NCBI GenBank assembly: GCA_951406725.2 | Contig: OX597815.1 | Coordinates: forward strand, 121,520,001-121,584,000 | Source: Octopus vulgaris | Lineage: Eukaryota | Reading direction: 5' to 3' | Length of the DNA: 64,000 nt | In this document: one piece after another, positions 63,923-64,000 of the stretch | Layout of the letters: each line of letters begins with the position of its first letter | Numbering within the stretch: position 1 is the stretch's first letter | The notes under the pieces: generated by a model | The model's input: the letters and a program-made list of their open reading frames with translations, nothing else | What the model was told of the DNA's origin: nothing | Databases searched by the model: none | Translations under genes and position numbers: made by a program

Positions 63923-64000
63923 TATTAGATTGAGAGAAAGGAAACTTTGCCTTTTGTTTTTTCAGAATTGATAAAACAAGTACCAGTAATTGATAATTCC

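Overview
AT-rich, repeat-saturated eukaryotic (animal) DNA, not prokaryotic. The tRNA-SINE families, RTE LINEs with (CAT)n tails and abundant (TA)n/(CA)n tracts suggest a coleoid cephalopod (Octopus-like); this is an inference. The window reads as one long intronic/intergenic stretch. Almost every ORF in the supplied track is spurious (microsatellite or SINE translation) or a transposon remnant. Supported content: many RTE-clade LINE fragments, three tRNA-derived SINE families, Penelope-like elements (PLEs) with hammerhead ribozyme motifs, an R4/Dong-type 3' fragment, a DD37D (maT) Tc1/mariner relic, a Tigger/pogo relic, Helitron/Helentron non-autonomous elements and TTAA-flanked MITEs. A few small candidate + strand exons (14157-14183, 22013-22066, 60602-60726) are phase-compatible, but I cannot identify their gene. 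The most unusual object is a ~490-bp spacer-less palindrome (11511-11994). Each arm carries a tRNA-like Pol III head, an (AAT)n tract and a PLE-type minimal hammerhead motif, and the unit has a one-sided tail and a 14-bp target-site duplication. A collapsed relative lies at 59118-59225. Also notable is a PLE whose GIY-YIG motif is split by a ~125-codon Asn/Ser/Thr-rich insert. Most repeat boundaries are by eye and approximate.
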